Program-made: the position numbers and the translations under genes
The notes under the pieces: generated by a model
Databases searched by the model: none
Seen by the model: the letters and a program-made list of their open reading frames with translations, nothing else
What the model was told of the DNA's origin: nothing
Assembly (NCBI GenBank): GCA_964651815.1
Contig: CAZYWG010000007.1
Coordinates: 5,129 to 69,128 of the forward strand
DNA: 64,000 nt
Source of the DNA: an uncultured Gammaproteobacteria bacterium
GTDB lineage: Bacteria > Patescibacteriota > Microgenomatia > Levybacterales > GWA1-39-11
Direction: 5' to 3'
Shown here: positions 8,901-18,566 of the stretch, in pieces
Layout: every line of letters begins with the position of its first letter
Position numbering within the stretch: position 1 is the first letter of the stretch

Positions 8901-8923
8901 ACGAACTTGATAATCAAGTTCGT
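8901..8923. promoter_or_regulatory. perfect 23-bp palindrome (ACGAACTTGATAATCAAGTTCGT), candidate operator or stem-loop
   Basis: In the divergent intergenic region between the fic start (8834, minus) and the ATG at 8943 (plus). Confidence 0.3.
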
Positions 8924-8942
8924 AATTAGTATTATATCAGCT

Positions 8943-9218
8943 ATGGCAACCGAAACTAAAAAAGAAAAAGAACAAAAATTGACTATAGAGCTGGTCCGTC
9001 AAATGTTAATGCTTGCAACCTCAGGGTTTGGACTTGTTGCAGCGCTTGCATGGAATAGTCTAATTCAAGAAGTTGTTAATAATTATATTAAAAAATGGTT
9101 ACCCGGCAGCGGCATAATTTCACTTCTTATATATGCTCTCGTTGTCACGGTTATTGCTGTATTTATCACATTTCAGCTTTCTAAAATACTGCGTCGCTTG
9201 GAAGAAAAAAGCGCATGA
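8943..9218 (+). CDS. hypothetical small membrane protein
   Basis: Start moved to the ATG (MATETKKEK...). Two predicted TM helices. Overlaps the recF start by 4 nt. Confidence 0.45.
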   Translation: MATETKKEKEQKLTIELVRQMLMLATSGFGLVAALAWNSLIQEVVNNYIKKWLPGSGIISLLIYALVVTVIAVFITFQLSKILRRLEEKSA

Positions 9219-10321
9219 TTTTAAAAAAACTAAAACTTGTAAATTTTCGGAACCACAAATCTGCCCAATTTAAATTATCTCCAACTACTGTAATTATTGG
9301 GAAAAATACTGCAGGTAAAACAAATATTCTGGAGGCAATTTACGTTTTGTCCGCCGGCCGTTCTTTCCGTGCAGAACGCGATCTTGACACAATTGCAGAA
9401 GGCTCTGATTTTGCAAGAATAGAAGCAGAGATTGAAACCGATCAAGAAAAAATAGATCTTAAAGTAATTTTTTCAACTCAAAAAGGATATTTGTCAAAGA
9501 AGTTTTTAGTGAATGGAGTCGCACGAAGGCAGCATGACTTTGCGTCAAATTTTGTTTCTGTTTTATTTACCCCCAAAGACGTTGAAATAATGACGGACTC
9601 GCCAGGGGTGCGCCGCCGCCACATTGATGCCATACTTTATCAAGCCGATAGAAATTATAGGAAAGCGCTTTCCTCGTATGAAAAAGCCTTAAGACACAGA
9701 AACAAAATGCTCCATGATCTGCGCGAAGGTAAAAAACAATACGTTACTTCTGATTTTGACTATTTCAATAATATTTTAATTGAACAAGGAGGAATTTTAA
9801 CTTCAAAACGTGAGGAATTTGTTGAATTTGTAAACAATGCAAAAAAAGATATTTTCAGGTTTGAACTTTTTTATGACAAAAGCATTATGTCTCTTGAAAG
9901 ACTATTTAAATATCATTTTGAAGAACAGGCAGCTGGCGTTACTTTGGTAGGGCCACAACGCGACGATTTTGGATTCTTTTTTCCTGCCGATGTAAGCCCT
10001 TCTATGTCATTGCGGGGAGACCGCAGCAATATTATTTCAAGACAATCTTTTTCTAAATTGATTAGTGAATTTGGTTCCCGTGGAGAGGAACGCCTTGCAA
10101 TACTCCAGCTTAAAATCCTTGAAGTAAATTATTTGCAGCAAGCGACTAATCAAATACCAATGTTGCTACTTGATGATATTTTTTCAGAACTTGACGACGC
10201 AAATATTTTTAAAGTATTCGAACTGTTGCCGAATCAGCAGACGGTTTTGACAACAACCCACCGTGAATTCGTCCCCAAAAAAATCATGAATCGAGAAGAC
10301 GTAGAGATTATTGAGCTTTAG
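9215..10321 (+). CDS. recF: DNA replication and repair protein RecF
   Basis: N-terminus MILKKLKLVNFRNHKS plus Walker A GKNTAGKTNILEAI. 368 aa, SMC-like signature region. Confidence 0.85.
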   Translation: MILKKLKLVNFRNHKSAQFKLSPTTVIIGKNTAGKTNILEAIYVLSAGRSFRAERDLDTIAEGSDFARIEAEIETDQEKIDLKVIFSTQKGYLSKKFLVNGVARRQHDFASNFVSVLFTPKDVEIMTDSPGVRRRHIDAILYQADRNYRKALSSYEKALRHRNKMLHDLREGKKQYVTSDFDYFNNILIEQGGILTSKREEFVEFVNNAKKDIFRFELFYDKSIMSLERLFKYHFEEQAAGVTLVGPQRDDFGFFFPADVSPSMSLRGDRSNIISRQSFSKLISEFGSRGEERLAILQLKILEVNYLQQATNQIPMLLLDDIFSELDDANIFKVFELLPNQQTVLTTTHREFVPKKIMNREDVEIIEL

Positions 10322-10325
10322 TATA

Positions 10326-11204
10326 TTACGCGTGTTTTACAAAGTTTTGGAAGTGGGATTTTATTTTTGACGGATCATTTTCCCTTATGATCTCATAAAC
10401 AAATTCTGCAAGCGGCAACTCTACTTTTGTTTCTTCTTTAAAATATGGTATTGATTCAACCGTTGTTATTCCTTCAACGGTTTCATTTATTTTTTTGAGA
10501 GCTTCTTCTGTTTTGTATTTTGCAAGAAGTTTCCCAAAAGAAAAGTTACGTGATTCCTCAGAATTACAAGTCAAAATCAAGTCCCCTATTGTTCCGGGGA
10601 GCGCGCGTCTGTCAATTGAATATTTTAATTTTCGCGACAAGGTATAGAATTCTTCGATCGCCAAAAGAATTAATTTGACTCGTGTATTTGTCTCAAAGCC
10701 AAGACCATCAGCTACTCCGCAAGCTATTGCATAAACATTTTTAAAGGCGGAAGCAAGCTCTAAAGCACGGATTCCTTTTGTTAGACGAACCCTGAAAAAA
10801 TCTGTCTGGAAAAGATTCTGTACAAGCTCTTTATTTTTATCTTTTGTGTAGCCGATGTTAACAAGCGTCGGCATTCCGTTTTTTACTTCTTCAGCAAAGC
10901 CGGGACCAATAAGTGAAAAATAGTCAATTCCAGTACCTAGAACTTCTGTCACTATCTGATACGGAAGCTTATTTGTTTTCTTCTCTATTCCTTTTGCACC
11001 GTTGATAACAATGGAGTTCTTAAGGTTCTTGCCATAATCTGTCACAACCTGCCGAATCGCCTGTGTTGGAATACAAATAATTATGGCTGAGTCCGCCGGA
11101 AGTTGAGTACCGCGCTTCCAATATTCAAATTCGTGCCCGTTCTTTTTAAGTAAAGATCCCATTGCGCTACCCCATTTTCCGCTCCCGAGGATAATTATCT
11201 TCAT
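10326..11204 (-). CDS. gpsA: NAD(P)H-dependent glycerol-3-phosphate dehydrogenase
   Basis: N-terminal Rossmann motif IIILGSGKWGSA; the length and C-terminal domain fit GpsA. Confidence 0.8.
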   Translation of the reverse strand: MKIIILGSGKWGSAMGSLLKKNGHEFEYWKRGTQLPADSAIIICIPTQAIRQVVTDYGKNLKNSIVINGAKGIEKKTNKLPYQIVTEVLGTGIDYFSLIGPGFAEEVKNGMPTLVNIGYTKDKNKELVQNLFQTDFFRVRLTKGIRALELASAFKNVYAIACGVADGLGFETNTRVKLILLAIEEFYTLSRKLKYSIDRRALPGTIGDLILTCNSEESRNFSFGKLLAKYKTEEALKKINETVEGITTVESIPYFKEETKVELPLAEFVYEIIRENDPSKIKSHFQNFVKHA

Positions 11205-12016
11205 AGAAGTTCTTTCATTACGAGGGGAATTTTGTTTGCCAGATCCGTGGCATTGAAATAAATCCCCATTTTCGTTTCAAGCGACTCGCCTGCTTTTTTA
11301 TTGATATATGACGCGGCGCACGCAGATAAAAATGCGTCATTTTTACAATATAAAGATGCAACAAGTCCCGCCAAAACGTCACCAGTCCCGCCTTTTGTCA
11401 TTCCAGGATTTCCGCCGGAAATTATTACCGATTTAACAGGCGATGAAACAACGTCATATTCTCCTTTTGTCAAAATTACCACGTTATATTTTTTTGCCAT
11501 ATCTTGTATACTCTCGTCTGTAGGCTTGATTCCAAAAAGTTTCTCGAATTCTATTTTATGGGGCGTGATTATTGCGTTTTTTGGAAGCATTGATGGATTT
11601 ATAACCTGAAGACTTCCTCCGTCAACAACCCATTTTTTATTAGGATACAAACCGAGTAATTTTTCGGTTAACTCTTGAGTGCTGTCGTCTCCTTTTTCTT
11701 TTCCTTCATCTCGGGTTAACCCCGGTCCTATTAATACACAATCCGCTTCATCCATATAATTTTCGATTTTCTCACGCGGTATAACGATTCCATTCCTGAA
11801 TTCCTCTTTTGCTTTTTGTACAAGCGCGTTATTCTCAGGCACTGAAGCATAAAAAACCATGTCAACAATGCGCGATGCAACGGTCAAGGGCCACAGCGAA
11901 GCGGCATGGAACAGGCGAGACCCGGCAATTATTAAAACTTTCCCGTTTTCACCTTTGTGAGAATTCTTAGCAGGTTTATAAAGTTTTTTAAGTTCTCCGT
12001 GGTCAAATTCTTGCAT
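11201..12016 (-). CDS. nnrD: ADP-dependent (S)-NAD(P)H-hydrate dehydratase (YjeF C-terminal domain type)
   Basis: GGTGDVLAG motif, carbohydrate-kinase-like fold, 271 aa. Confidence 0.8.
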   Translation of the reverse strand: MQEFDHGELKKLYKPAKNSHKGENGKVLIIAGSRLFHAASLWPLTVASRIVDMVFYASVPENNALVQKAKEEFRNGIVIPREKIENYMDEADCVLIGPGLTRDEGKEKGDDSTQELTEKLLGLYPNKKWVVDGGSLQVINPSMLPKNAIITPHKIEFEKLFGIKPTDESIQDMAKKYNVVILTKGEYDVVSSPVKSVIISGGNPGMTKGGTGDVLAGLVASLYCKNDAFLSACAASYINKKAGESLETKMGIYFNATDLANKIPLVMKELL

Positions 12017-12073
12017 AGAGGAATTATATCAGAGAGATAACATGGGTTCTAGGTGTACCAAAGTTGAGTTAGC

Positions 12074-12102
12074 TCGTGATACTCATGATACTCCTGATAG
12101 CT
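12074..12102. repeat. 9-bp tandem motif array (cgTGATACTC aTGATACTC cTGATAGC)
   Basis: Three TGATAC-core units at exact 9-bp spacing in the intergenic region upstream of nnrD. The same motif recurs at 22803-22840 and 59695-59733. Confidence 0.6.
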
Positions 12103-12109
12103 TTCGGCA

Positions 12110-12811
12110 CTAGCCTTCAATTACCGTCCCAACAAACTCGCGTCCTTCAAAATAATGTTCAAGATTTTCAAAATTATTTCCCTTAAGGATAACCACCTTT
12201 AGCCCCAATTCTTGAGCTTTTTTGGAAGCAATCGGGTCATATGGTAGATTCATTCCGGGTATCCATTCATCTCCCACAATTTTTCTAAAACCTTCCCACG
12301 TAATTTTTTTGATAGGTGCAGCATCCGGAAAGAGTTTTGGGTCTTTGTCGTATGCCATCTCAATATTACTTAAATTGACTACTGTTTTAACATTGTAATC
12401 TTCACATATCATGGTGGAACAATAATCAGTTGACCAACCGGGCTTCCATCCGGCCGCGGCTATTACGGGCTCTGTAACTTTTCTGATAATTTCATAGTGT
12501 TTTAAAACATAAGGGTGAGCAATATCACGAAATATTGTTCTTACTAAATGCGCATTGAGTTTGGTTGCATGTATTCCAAGCCAATCCTGGTCATCTTTTG
12601 TGAGCTCGTGTCCCACAACCTCACGCCCGGCGTCTCTATAATGCCTTGCAATAGATCCACCTCCTGCGACAATAAAAAACTGGCGATCTTGGTGTTTTAC
12701 TAGTTGGTCACGAATAAACTCATTAAAACGCTTAAGGAATACAATGTCAATTCCGCCGTTTGGGACTATGAGCGATCCTCCAAGTGAAATTACGATTCTT
12801 TCCTTATGCAT
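12110..12811 (-). CDS. pyrH: archaeal-type UMP kinase (amino-acid kinase family)
   Basis: 233 aa. ISLGGS and VAGGGSIARHY motifs, then a GWKPGWSTD region, are collinear with archaeal-type uridylate kinases. Confidence 0.6.
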   Translation of the reverse strand: MHKERIVISLGGSLIVPNGGIDIVFLKRFNEFIRDQLVKHQDRQFFIVAGGGSIARHYRDAGREVVGHELTKDDQDWLGIHATKLNAHLVRTIFRDIAHPYVLKHYEIIRKVTEPVIAAAGWKPGWSTDYCSTMICEDYNVKTVVNLSNIEMAYDKDPKLFPDAAPIKKITWEGFRKIVGDEWIPGMNLPYDPIASKKAQELGLKVVILKGNNFENLEHYFEGREFVGTVIEG

Positions 12812-12963
12812 TTACGCGTTCTCTCCCGGGTTTATAAGTTCGAAGGGATATTCCTTAAAATATCAGAAATTCAGGATAAATGCAAGGAATTCTGAATCAA
12901 GTTTTAATTTACCGCGCAAACACGACTTGACACAAACAAACCTTTTCAATTAAGATAGTACCT

Positions 12964-13770
12964 ATGCCGGCGCGCAAAACAAAAGGTTCTGCCACAAAAA
13001 GCAAGTCAAAAGGGTTAACTATTGGAGATATAGGTAAAAAAATCTCGGCAATCCATGCGAATCAGGTTTTATACTGTCTCTTGCTAGTTGCAGTTTTCCT
13101 AATTGGATATTTGATTGCACGCGTTCAATTCTTAGAAAAAGGATCAACCACCGCTACGGCCACCGCTCCTTCAGCACCAGGTCAACCCCAACAACCACAA
13201 GCGCCATCTGCACCTAACGCAAAAGATGTTTTGAAAAAGTTATCTCTTGGGAATTTTCCCGTGAAAGGTGAGAAAAGTGCCAAAGTCACTTTAGTTGAAT
13301 TCGCCGATTTTCGTTGCCCTTTCTGTGAACAATTTTTTACTAATGCAGAACAGCAATTAATAAAAGACTATGTTGATACGGGAAAGGTTGCAATTTATTT
13401 TAGGAATTATGCTTTCTTAGGGCCCTCGTCAATAGTTGCAGCCAACGCGGCCGAATGCGCAAATGATCAGGGAAAATTCTGGGAGTTTCACGACTGGCTT
13501 TACAAAAACCAACCACCTGAAACTGATACATCAATGTACAACACGGATAGCCTTACTACGGCTGCTGTGAATCTTGGAATGAATGGTGACGAATTCAGAA
13601 ACTGCTTATCTTCAAACAAAGATAATGCAAATGTCCAAAAAGATTTGACTGATGGTCAAGCTGTGGGTGTTAGCGGTACGCCTACTTTTTACGTTAATGG
13701 CAATCAAATTGTGGGAGCAGTGCCTTACGACAACTTCAAAACCGCAATTGACAACGAACTCAAGAAATAA
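12964..13770 (+). CDS. DsbA-family thiol:disulfide oxidoreductase, membrane-anchored
   Basis: N-terminal TM helix, Pro/Gln-rich linker, CPFC active site in a thioredoxin fold. Confidence 0.75.
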   Translation: MPARKTKGSATKSKSKGLTIGDIGKKISAIHANQVLYCLLLVAVFLIGYLIARVQFLEKGSTTATATAPSAPGQPQQPQAPSAPNAKDVLKKLSLGNFPVKGEKSAKVTLVEFADFRCPFCEQFFTNAEQQLIKDYVDTGKVAIYFRNYAFLGPSSIVAANAAECANDQGKFWEFHDWLYKNQPPETDTSMYNTDSLTTAAVNLGMNGDEFRNCLSSNKDNANVQKDLTDGQAVGVSGTPTFYVNGNQIVGAVPYDNFKTAIDNELKK

Positions 13771-14637
13771 TCATTTTTGGCACTTTGTGCAAAAGAAGGT
13801 TCCGCGGCCACCAAGATATATTTTCTCCACTACTCCACCGTCATCACGAGTGCAAGGCTTGTTTTTTCTGCCGTAAACTAAAAAGTGTTTTTGATATTCA
13901 CCAAGCTGACCTAAAACATCAACAAAATTTAGCTCTGAAGAACCTCTATATTTAAAAGCTTTTTTAAGTACTTCTAAAATACAATCGAACAATGTTTTTA
14001 TTTCTTTATCTGACAACCCTTTAGCACGACGTCGGGGGTCAATATGCGCTGCAAAACATGAGTCGTTTGAATAAATATTTCCAATTCCTCCTATTTTGGT
14101 CTGCTCCATGAGCAAAGACTTAATTGGAAGATTGGACTTCTTAACAACCTCTTTAAAGTGCTCGAGCGTAAGCGTTGGAGTTCCGGAACCGGGAGATGGA
14201 ATTGGCTCTGGACCAAGAGTCTTGAAGAATGGAAGAGTTTTAAGATCTGACGTTTTTAATATTTTCATCCATGCAAAGCCGCGCACCTCTTGGAAGTAGA
14301 AATTCGAACCATCTTTGAAATTAAGAACAACTCTTGTAAATTTATTAGGAACTTTGGCAGGAACCGGCTTCAATACTTCAAGATCCCGCATCGTATCATC
14401 ACGGAAAATAAGCTGCCCAGTAAGCTTGATATGGAAAGCGATTGAATAATCGTTTGAAAGATCAATTACAATTCCTTTAGCATACCTTCTAACATCCGTT
14501 ATTTTTGCTCCCTCAATATCCTTTGGATTTCCAGTTAATAACTTTGAATCAATAACCTCAACAGACTTAACAGTCTTCCCTACTGTATATTTTTGTAATC
14601 CGAGTTTAAGAGTCTCAACCTCTGGTAATTCAGGCAT
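13771..14637 (-). CDS. mutM: formamidopyrimidine-DNA glycosylase
   Basis: Starts MPELPEVE (catalytic Pro2 and Glu3); C-terminal zinc finger C..C..CTKCQK. Confidence 0.85.
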   Translation of the reverse strand: MPELPEVETLKLGLQKYTVGKTVKSVEVIDSKLLTGNPKDIEGAKITDVRRYAKGIVIDLSNDYSIAFHIKLTGQLIFRDDTMRDLEVLKPVPAKVPNKFTRVVLNFKDGSNFYFQEVRGFAWMKILKTSDLKTLPFFKTLGPEPIPSPGSGTPTLTLEHFKEVVKKSNLPIKSLLMEQTKIGGIGNIYSNDSCFAAHIDPRRRAKGLSDKEIKTLFDCILEVLKKAFKYRGSSELNFVDVLGQLGEYQKHFLVYGRKNKPCTRDDGGVVEKIYLGGRGTFFCTKCQK

Positions 14638-15784
14638 TGAATATTTTGTTTACAAATTCTTTTATCTTCTTGTCAAAAACTTCTGCGGAAAATTTTTGTG
14701 CTTGTTTTTTGCACGCATTCGAACTTATTTTCACTTTCTCGAATTTCTCGATTGCAGAATTTATTGCTTCGGGCGTATTTTCATCAAAAAAGATTCCAGT
14801 CTTCCCATCAATTACAGTCTCTTTAACTCCACCCGATCGAAACGCAATTACAGGTGTTCCAACACTCATTGCTTCAACCGGTGTTATTCCAAAATCTTCA
14901 TCATATGAAGCAAAAACATAAGCTTTAGCTCCCGCCATTAAATTTGCCCGCTCATCATCCGTCACTTCGCCAACAAATTCTATATTTTTATTGGCTAAAG
15001 CTTTAACTTCTTCGTCAAACCCTGCAAATCCTTTTCCGAAAATCTTCAACTTCTTCCCATTTTCATTAAACGCTTTTACAATAATATCAATTCCTTTTGC
15101 CCTTGCCAACCTACCTCCTGCAAGATAATATTTTTGATTTTTAGATCTTGAATTTTGTTTGGAATTTGGTTCTTGTTTACCCTGAGCCAATGCGAAGGGG
15201 ATCTTGAGATTTATATATACTGGTGGATTAATAACAACCGCGTCCCGCCTGTAAAATTTCTTTATTCTCGCTTTAATTTCTTCAGAATTTGCTATAAAAA
15301 AATCAACATTCTGTGAAGCTTTAAAATCAAGAAGGCGCAAAAAATGATTTGCAATATGTCCAAAAAAATTCATTAAGCGGTCTTTTTGCCACTCTCGCGC
15401 CGTCATATAACCGTATAAATATCTTGGCGGCGTGTGTGTATAACAAATTAGCTTTGTCCGCTTCCCTTTTTGGACAAGATTTGGAAAATATGCACCGGTT
15501 TGCGAAACAATAATAACATCCGCATCATTAAATACAAAACTCCAAAACGCAAAAGGCGAAAATAGCCTGAAAATAGAAATCAATTTTTCTCTATACGGAA
15601 TGGAATTTAAAAACGATGCGTGAATGTCCATTTTTTCAAAAGACTGGCGGTGAGGACCTAAATATTCCGGTGCATAAATTGAGGTATAAATTGGCGCATC
15701 GGGGAAAACTTTATGTAATTCTTCCAATACCCTCTCCGCTCCTCCGTATTCTTTAATATAATCGTGAACCAAAACAACACGCAT
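14630..15784 (-). CDS. glycosyltransferase family 4
   Basis: C-terminal EDFGITPVEAMSVGTPVIA (GT4 EX7E region), 384 aa. Confidence 0.8.
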   Translation of the reverse strand: MRVVLVHDYIKEYGGAERVLEELHKVFPDAPIYTSIYAPEYLGPHRQSFEKMDIHASFLNSIPYREKLISIFRLFSPFAFWSFVFNDADVIIVSQTGAYFPNLVQKGKRTKLICYTHTPPRYLYGYMTAREWQKDRLMNFFGHIANHFLRLLDFKASQNVDFFIANSEEIKARIKKFYRRDAVVINPPVYINLKIPFALAQGKQEPNSKQNSRSKNQKYYLAGGRLARAKGIDIIVKAFNENGKKLKIFGKGFAGFDEEVKALANKNIEFVGEVTDDERANLMAGAKAYVFASYDEDFGITPVEAMSVGTPVIAFRSGGVKETVIDGKTGIFFDENTPEAINSAIEKFEKVKISSNACKKQAQKFSAEVFDKKIKEFVNKIFNA

Positions 15785-15794
15785 AATAATTTCT

Positions 15795-15845
15795 TAGAAA
15801 TTTTGAATTTTGAATTGTAGTTTTGAATTTTGCATTTTGAATTTT
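15795..15845. repeat. AT-rich tandem TTTTGAATT-like repeats
   Basis: aaattttgaattttgaattgtagttttgaattttgcattttgaattttta, in the intergenic region upstream of the GT4 gene. Confidence 0.5.
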
Positions 15846-15851
15846 TAATTA

Positions 15852-16820
15852 CTAGAGGAGTTTCATCTGGTTCTGCTTCTTTGTTTCTTCTTTTCTGCTT
15901 AAAACTTCGTCAACTCTTTTGGGTAAAGTATTAAATTCATATTCTTCGAGTGCTTTCTTAAAGGCATCTATATCAATTTTTGAAGTCATGCAATCATCAA
16001 AATCGCAAGAAAATGGGACGTCCGTCACTATTGTTGCAAGTTTTTTACCAAGCTCTGCTTCTTCTGCTCCATCAATTAGTTTTTGGGCAATTCCTTTACT
16101 CTTAGCTGCAATTTCATCTAAATGTTTGTAAATATTATCTACACTTCCGTAAGTATTGATTAAATTTGCCGCAGTTTTTGGCCCAATCCCCGGTACTCCA
16201 CCATAATTATCGGAAGGGTCTCCGGTTAACGCTTTTAAGTCAATTATTTGACTTGGACTTACTTCATATTTTGCCTTTACCGAATCTTCATCGTGAATTT
16301 TCACTTCCGATATCCCTTTTATTGGCATGAGGACTAGGGTTTTATGGTTTACAAGCTGCAAAATATCGCGGTCGCCGGTCACTATATAAACTATATTTCC
16401 CATATCTTTGGCGCGCGCAGAAAGCGTTCCGAGTATATCATCCGCCTCAAATCCATCTACTCCAATTTGCATGATTTTGGCCTTATTAAGTATTTCAATT
16501 ATTGCCCCAAACTGGTCAGAAAGGTCTGATTCCATTTTTGGACGTTGCGCTTGATATCCAACAAAAAGCTGTTGGCGAAATGTTGGCTTTGGTCTATCAA
16601 ATGCTACAACTATATGGGCCGGTTTTAATTGTTGAATTAGTTTTAAAAGCATGGAGAAAAATCCTGAAATTGCGCCCGTAGGGACGCCCGCTGATGTAAT
16701 AAATGGTGGCATGGCATGATACGCGCGGTGAACAATTGCCGAACCGTCAACAAGCATAAAAATGTCCCGCCTCGACTCGCCGTCTTCGGCGAGGTGGGCT
16801 TTTTTAGTTTCCATGACCAT
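15852..16820 (-). CDS. 5'-3' exonuclease / flap endonuclease (PolA N-terminal-domain-like)
   Basis: MLVDGSAIVHRAYHAM plus a C-terminal HhH region GVPGIGPKTA. Start placed at the internal Met (METKK) because the upstream extension looks non-native. Confidence 0.8.
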   Translation of the reverse strand: MVMETKKAHLAEDGESRRDIFMLVDGSAIVHRAYHAMPPFITSAGVPTGAISGFFSMLLKLIQQLKPAHIVVAFDRPKPTFRQQLFVGYQAQRPKMESDLSDQFGAIIEILNKAKIMQIGVDGFEADDILGTLSARAKDMGNIVYIVTGDRDILQLVNHKTLVLMPIKGISEVKIHDEDSVKAKYEVSPSQIIDLKALTGDPSDNYGGVPGIGPKTAANLINTYGSVDNIYKHLDEIAAKSKGIAQKLIDGAEEAELGKKLATIVTDVPFSCDFDDCMTSKIDIDAFKKALEEYEFNTLPKRVDEVLSRKEETKKQNQMKLL

Positions 16821-17055
16821 ATTATAGCAGGAGAATAAATATATTAACTTAAATGAACTGGAAGGATGTGGCGGGAGCCGTGATTTTACGTCAAAAAGAC
16901 GAGCCAAAAAGGCAAAAAAATCACTAAGCGTATCCGCCACATCCTGTCCAGTCTGTGTGTCTCAAAGCGAGTCGCTTTGAAAAGATTGTTGGATTGATCG
17001 AGTATACGATTGTCTAAAGGGTTTAGCCTTTGCGTTCGTTGACACGAGAGTCCGC

Positions 17056-17108
17056 CGGAGGGCGAGGCAAAGAGTGCACAGCACACTTCGTTTAATCCTC
17101 GCCCTCCG
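17056..17108 (-). terminator. GC-rich 12-bp stem-loop just 3' of the desaturase stop
   Basis: cggagggcgagg ... cctcgccctccg with a 29-nt loop. There is no U-tract, so intrinsic-terminator status is uncertain. Confidence 0.3.
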
Positions 17109-17120
17109 CGAACCTCAGCT

Positions 17121-18203
17121 CTATGCTGCTTTGCGTGCCACTCTGGGAGTGTGGATCAGTCCTTGACCGATACGACGGAAATACCGTAGACCCTCGCGAA
17201 TGGATGGGACAAACGACATTTCGTAGTAGGGCAGACCCAACTCTTCTACCATCGGCTTGATGAATGCGCGTGCTTGTCCGAGCCGTCTCCTTGGAACATT
17301 CCAAAGAAGATGATGCTCAACTTGGTAGTTGAGGCCGCCGGTGAGGAATGTCATTATTCCAAACCAACCTCGGAACACGTTACGCGTCGTCATCACTTGT
17401 CGCTCAAGCCAGCTCAGCTGTCTCTTTTCCTCCGTGTCGATCACGTCCATTCCCTTGTGGTTTGGTGCGAAAACCGCTCCAAGGTATAGACCCTGAAGGA
17501 TCTTATGAACTAAGATGAACGGAATCGCCCACCAGCCCATCACCAAAACCAGGAATGAGAAGTAGATCACGAAGTGAGCAGACAAGGAGATGAACTCGAG
17601 CGCATGGTAGGGACGATACTTCCTTCTCTCTTCTTTTTTGTTTGAGAGGAGGAACTCGAAGCTGTTGAAAGTCATGGCAAGGGTTTCAAGCGCAACCAGG
17701 ATGTAGTAATACCTATTCTGGTAACGGATGAGCCAGCGCCAAAACGCGGATTTTTTCAACAGCTGAACGGGAGAGAAGGCAAGGAAGGGATCAACCTTCA
17801 CGTTGGGATCCTTCTCTATATCGTTAGGGTCTCGGTGATGAGCGTTATGAGTGTACACCCACCAGCTAGGACCTATGCCGACCAGGAGACAGAGCACCAG
17901 GAGCGCGTACCGGTTGCCTTTGTGCCAGGTTGGGAAGACCTGATCATGTCCTGCATCGTGAGCGATGTAGGAAAGGTGCGTATGTAAAAACGCCATGACA
18001 GGTGCAAGCACCATCCAGACCACACGGGACTCGGTCGTACTTATTACGTACACACTGTAAACCACGGCCGCAATGAGGGCGGTGAGATACACTGCGTAGT
18101 ACAGATAGTCTGCCTTGTAGAGTCCAAGCTCGCGAGCCTTTACCTTGATGCGCCTGTTTACTTCGTCGTACCTGATGTTGTTTTCTAGAGCTACTTCTGC
18201 CAC
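17121..18203 (-). CDS. membrane fatty-acid desaturase, front-end-like histidine boxes
   Basis: Three His boxes HDAGH, HNAHH, QVEHH (third box QxxHH). Multiple TM helices. GC is clearly above the surrounding genes. Confidence 0.85.
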   Translation of the reverse strand: MAEVALENNIRYDEVNRRIKVKARELGLYKADYLYYAVYLTALIAAVVYSVYVISTTESRVVWMVLAPVMAFLHTHLSYIAHDAGHDQVFPTWHKGNRYALLVLCLLVGIGPSWWVYTHNAHHRDPNDIEKDPNVKVDPFLAFSPVQLLKKSAFWRWLIRYQNRYYYILVALETLAMTFNSFEFLLSNKKEERRKYRPYHALEFISLSAHFVIYFSFLVLVMGWWAIPFILVHKILQGLYLGAVFAPNHKGMDVIDTEEKRQLSWLERQVMTTRNVFRGWFGIMTFLTGGLNYQVEHHLLWNVPRRRLGQARAFIKPMVEELGLPYYEMSFVPSIREGLRYFRRIGQGLIHTPRVARKAA

Positions 18204-18566
18204 GGGGACACCATCCTTTCAAGGTGGTACTACTAATTCGGTTTCGGAACGTCCGAGACTCGAAGAGGGTGCAAAGAGGATTGCTAAAATTGACAAATTG
18301 ATACTAATCTTTAAATCTTAAATCTTTTCTAAAACGTCTTTTTTCAAATTCGAATACAACTTACGTCTAACAAATTTTTGTTAAGCAAAAGTTGCATTCG
18401 ACATACGCCTTGCAAATTGGCGTATTTTAAAAAAAGTTCACAGACTGGTTGTCAAAGTGCAATATGCTTAAATTGCAACGCAAGCTAAAGCGCCGTTTTT
18501 AAGCAAGGTGAAACTTTAATTAGGAGTATAATCGCAAACCCTATTTTTGACAAGTTGAGCCGTTTT

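Noticed and set aside
16886-17304. Small ORFs 16886-17086 and 17092-17304 on the minus strand in the GC-rich block
   Set aside because: They overlap the desaturase 3' end and the stem-loop region, their translations are Arg/Ser-rich and low-complexity, and they are probably artefacts of high GC.
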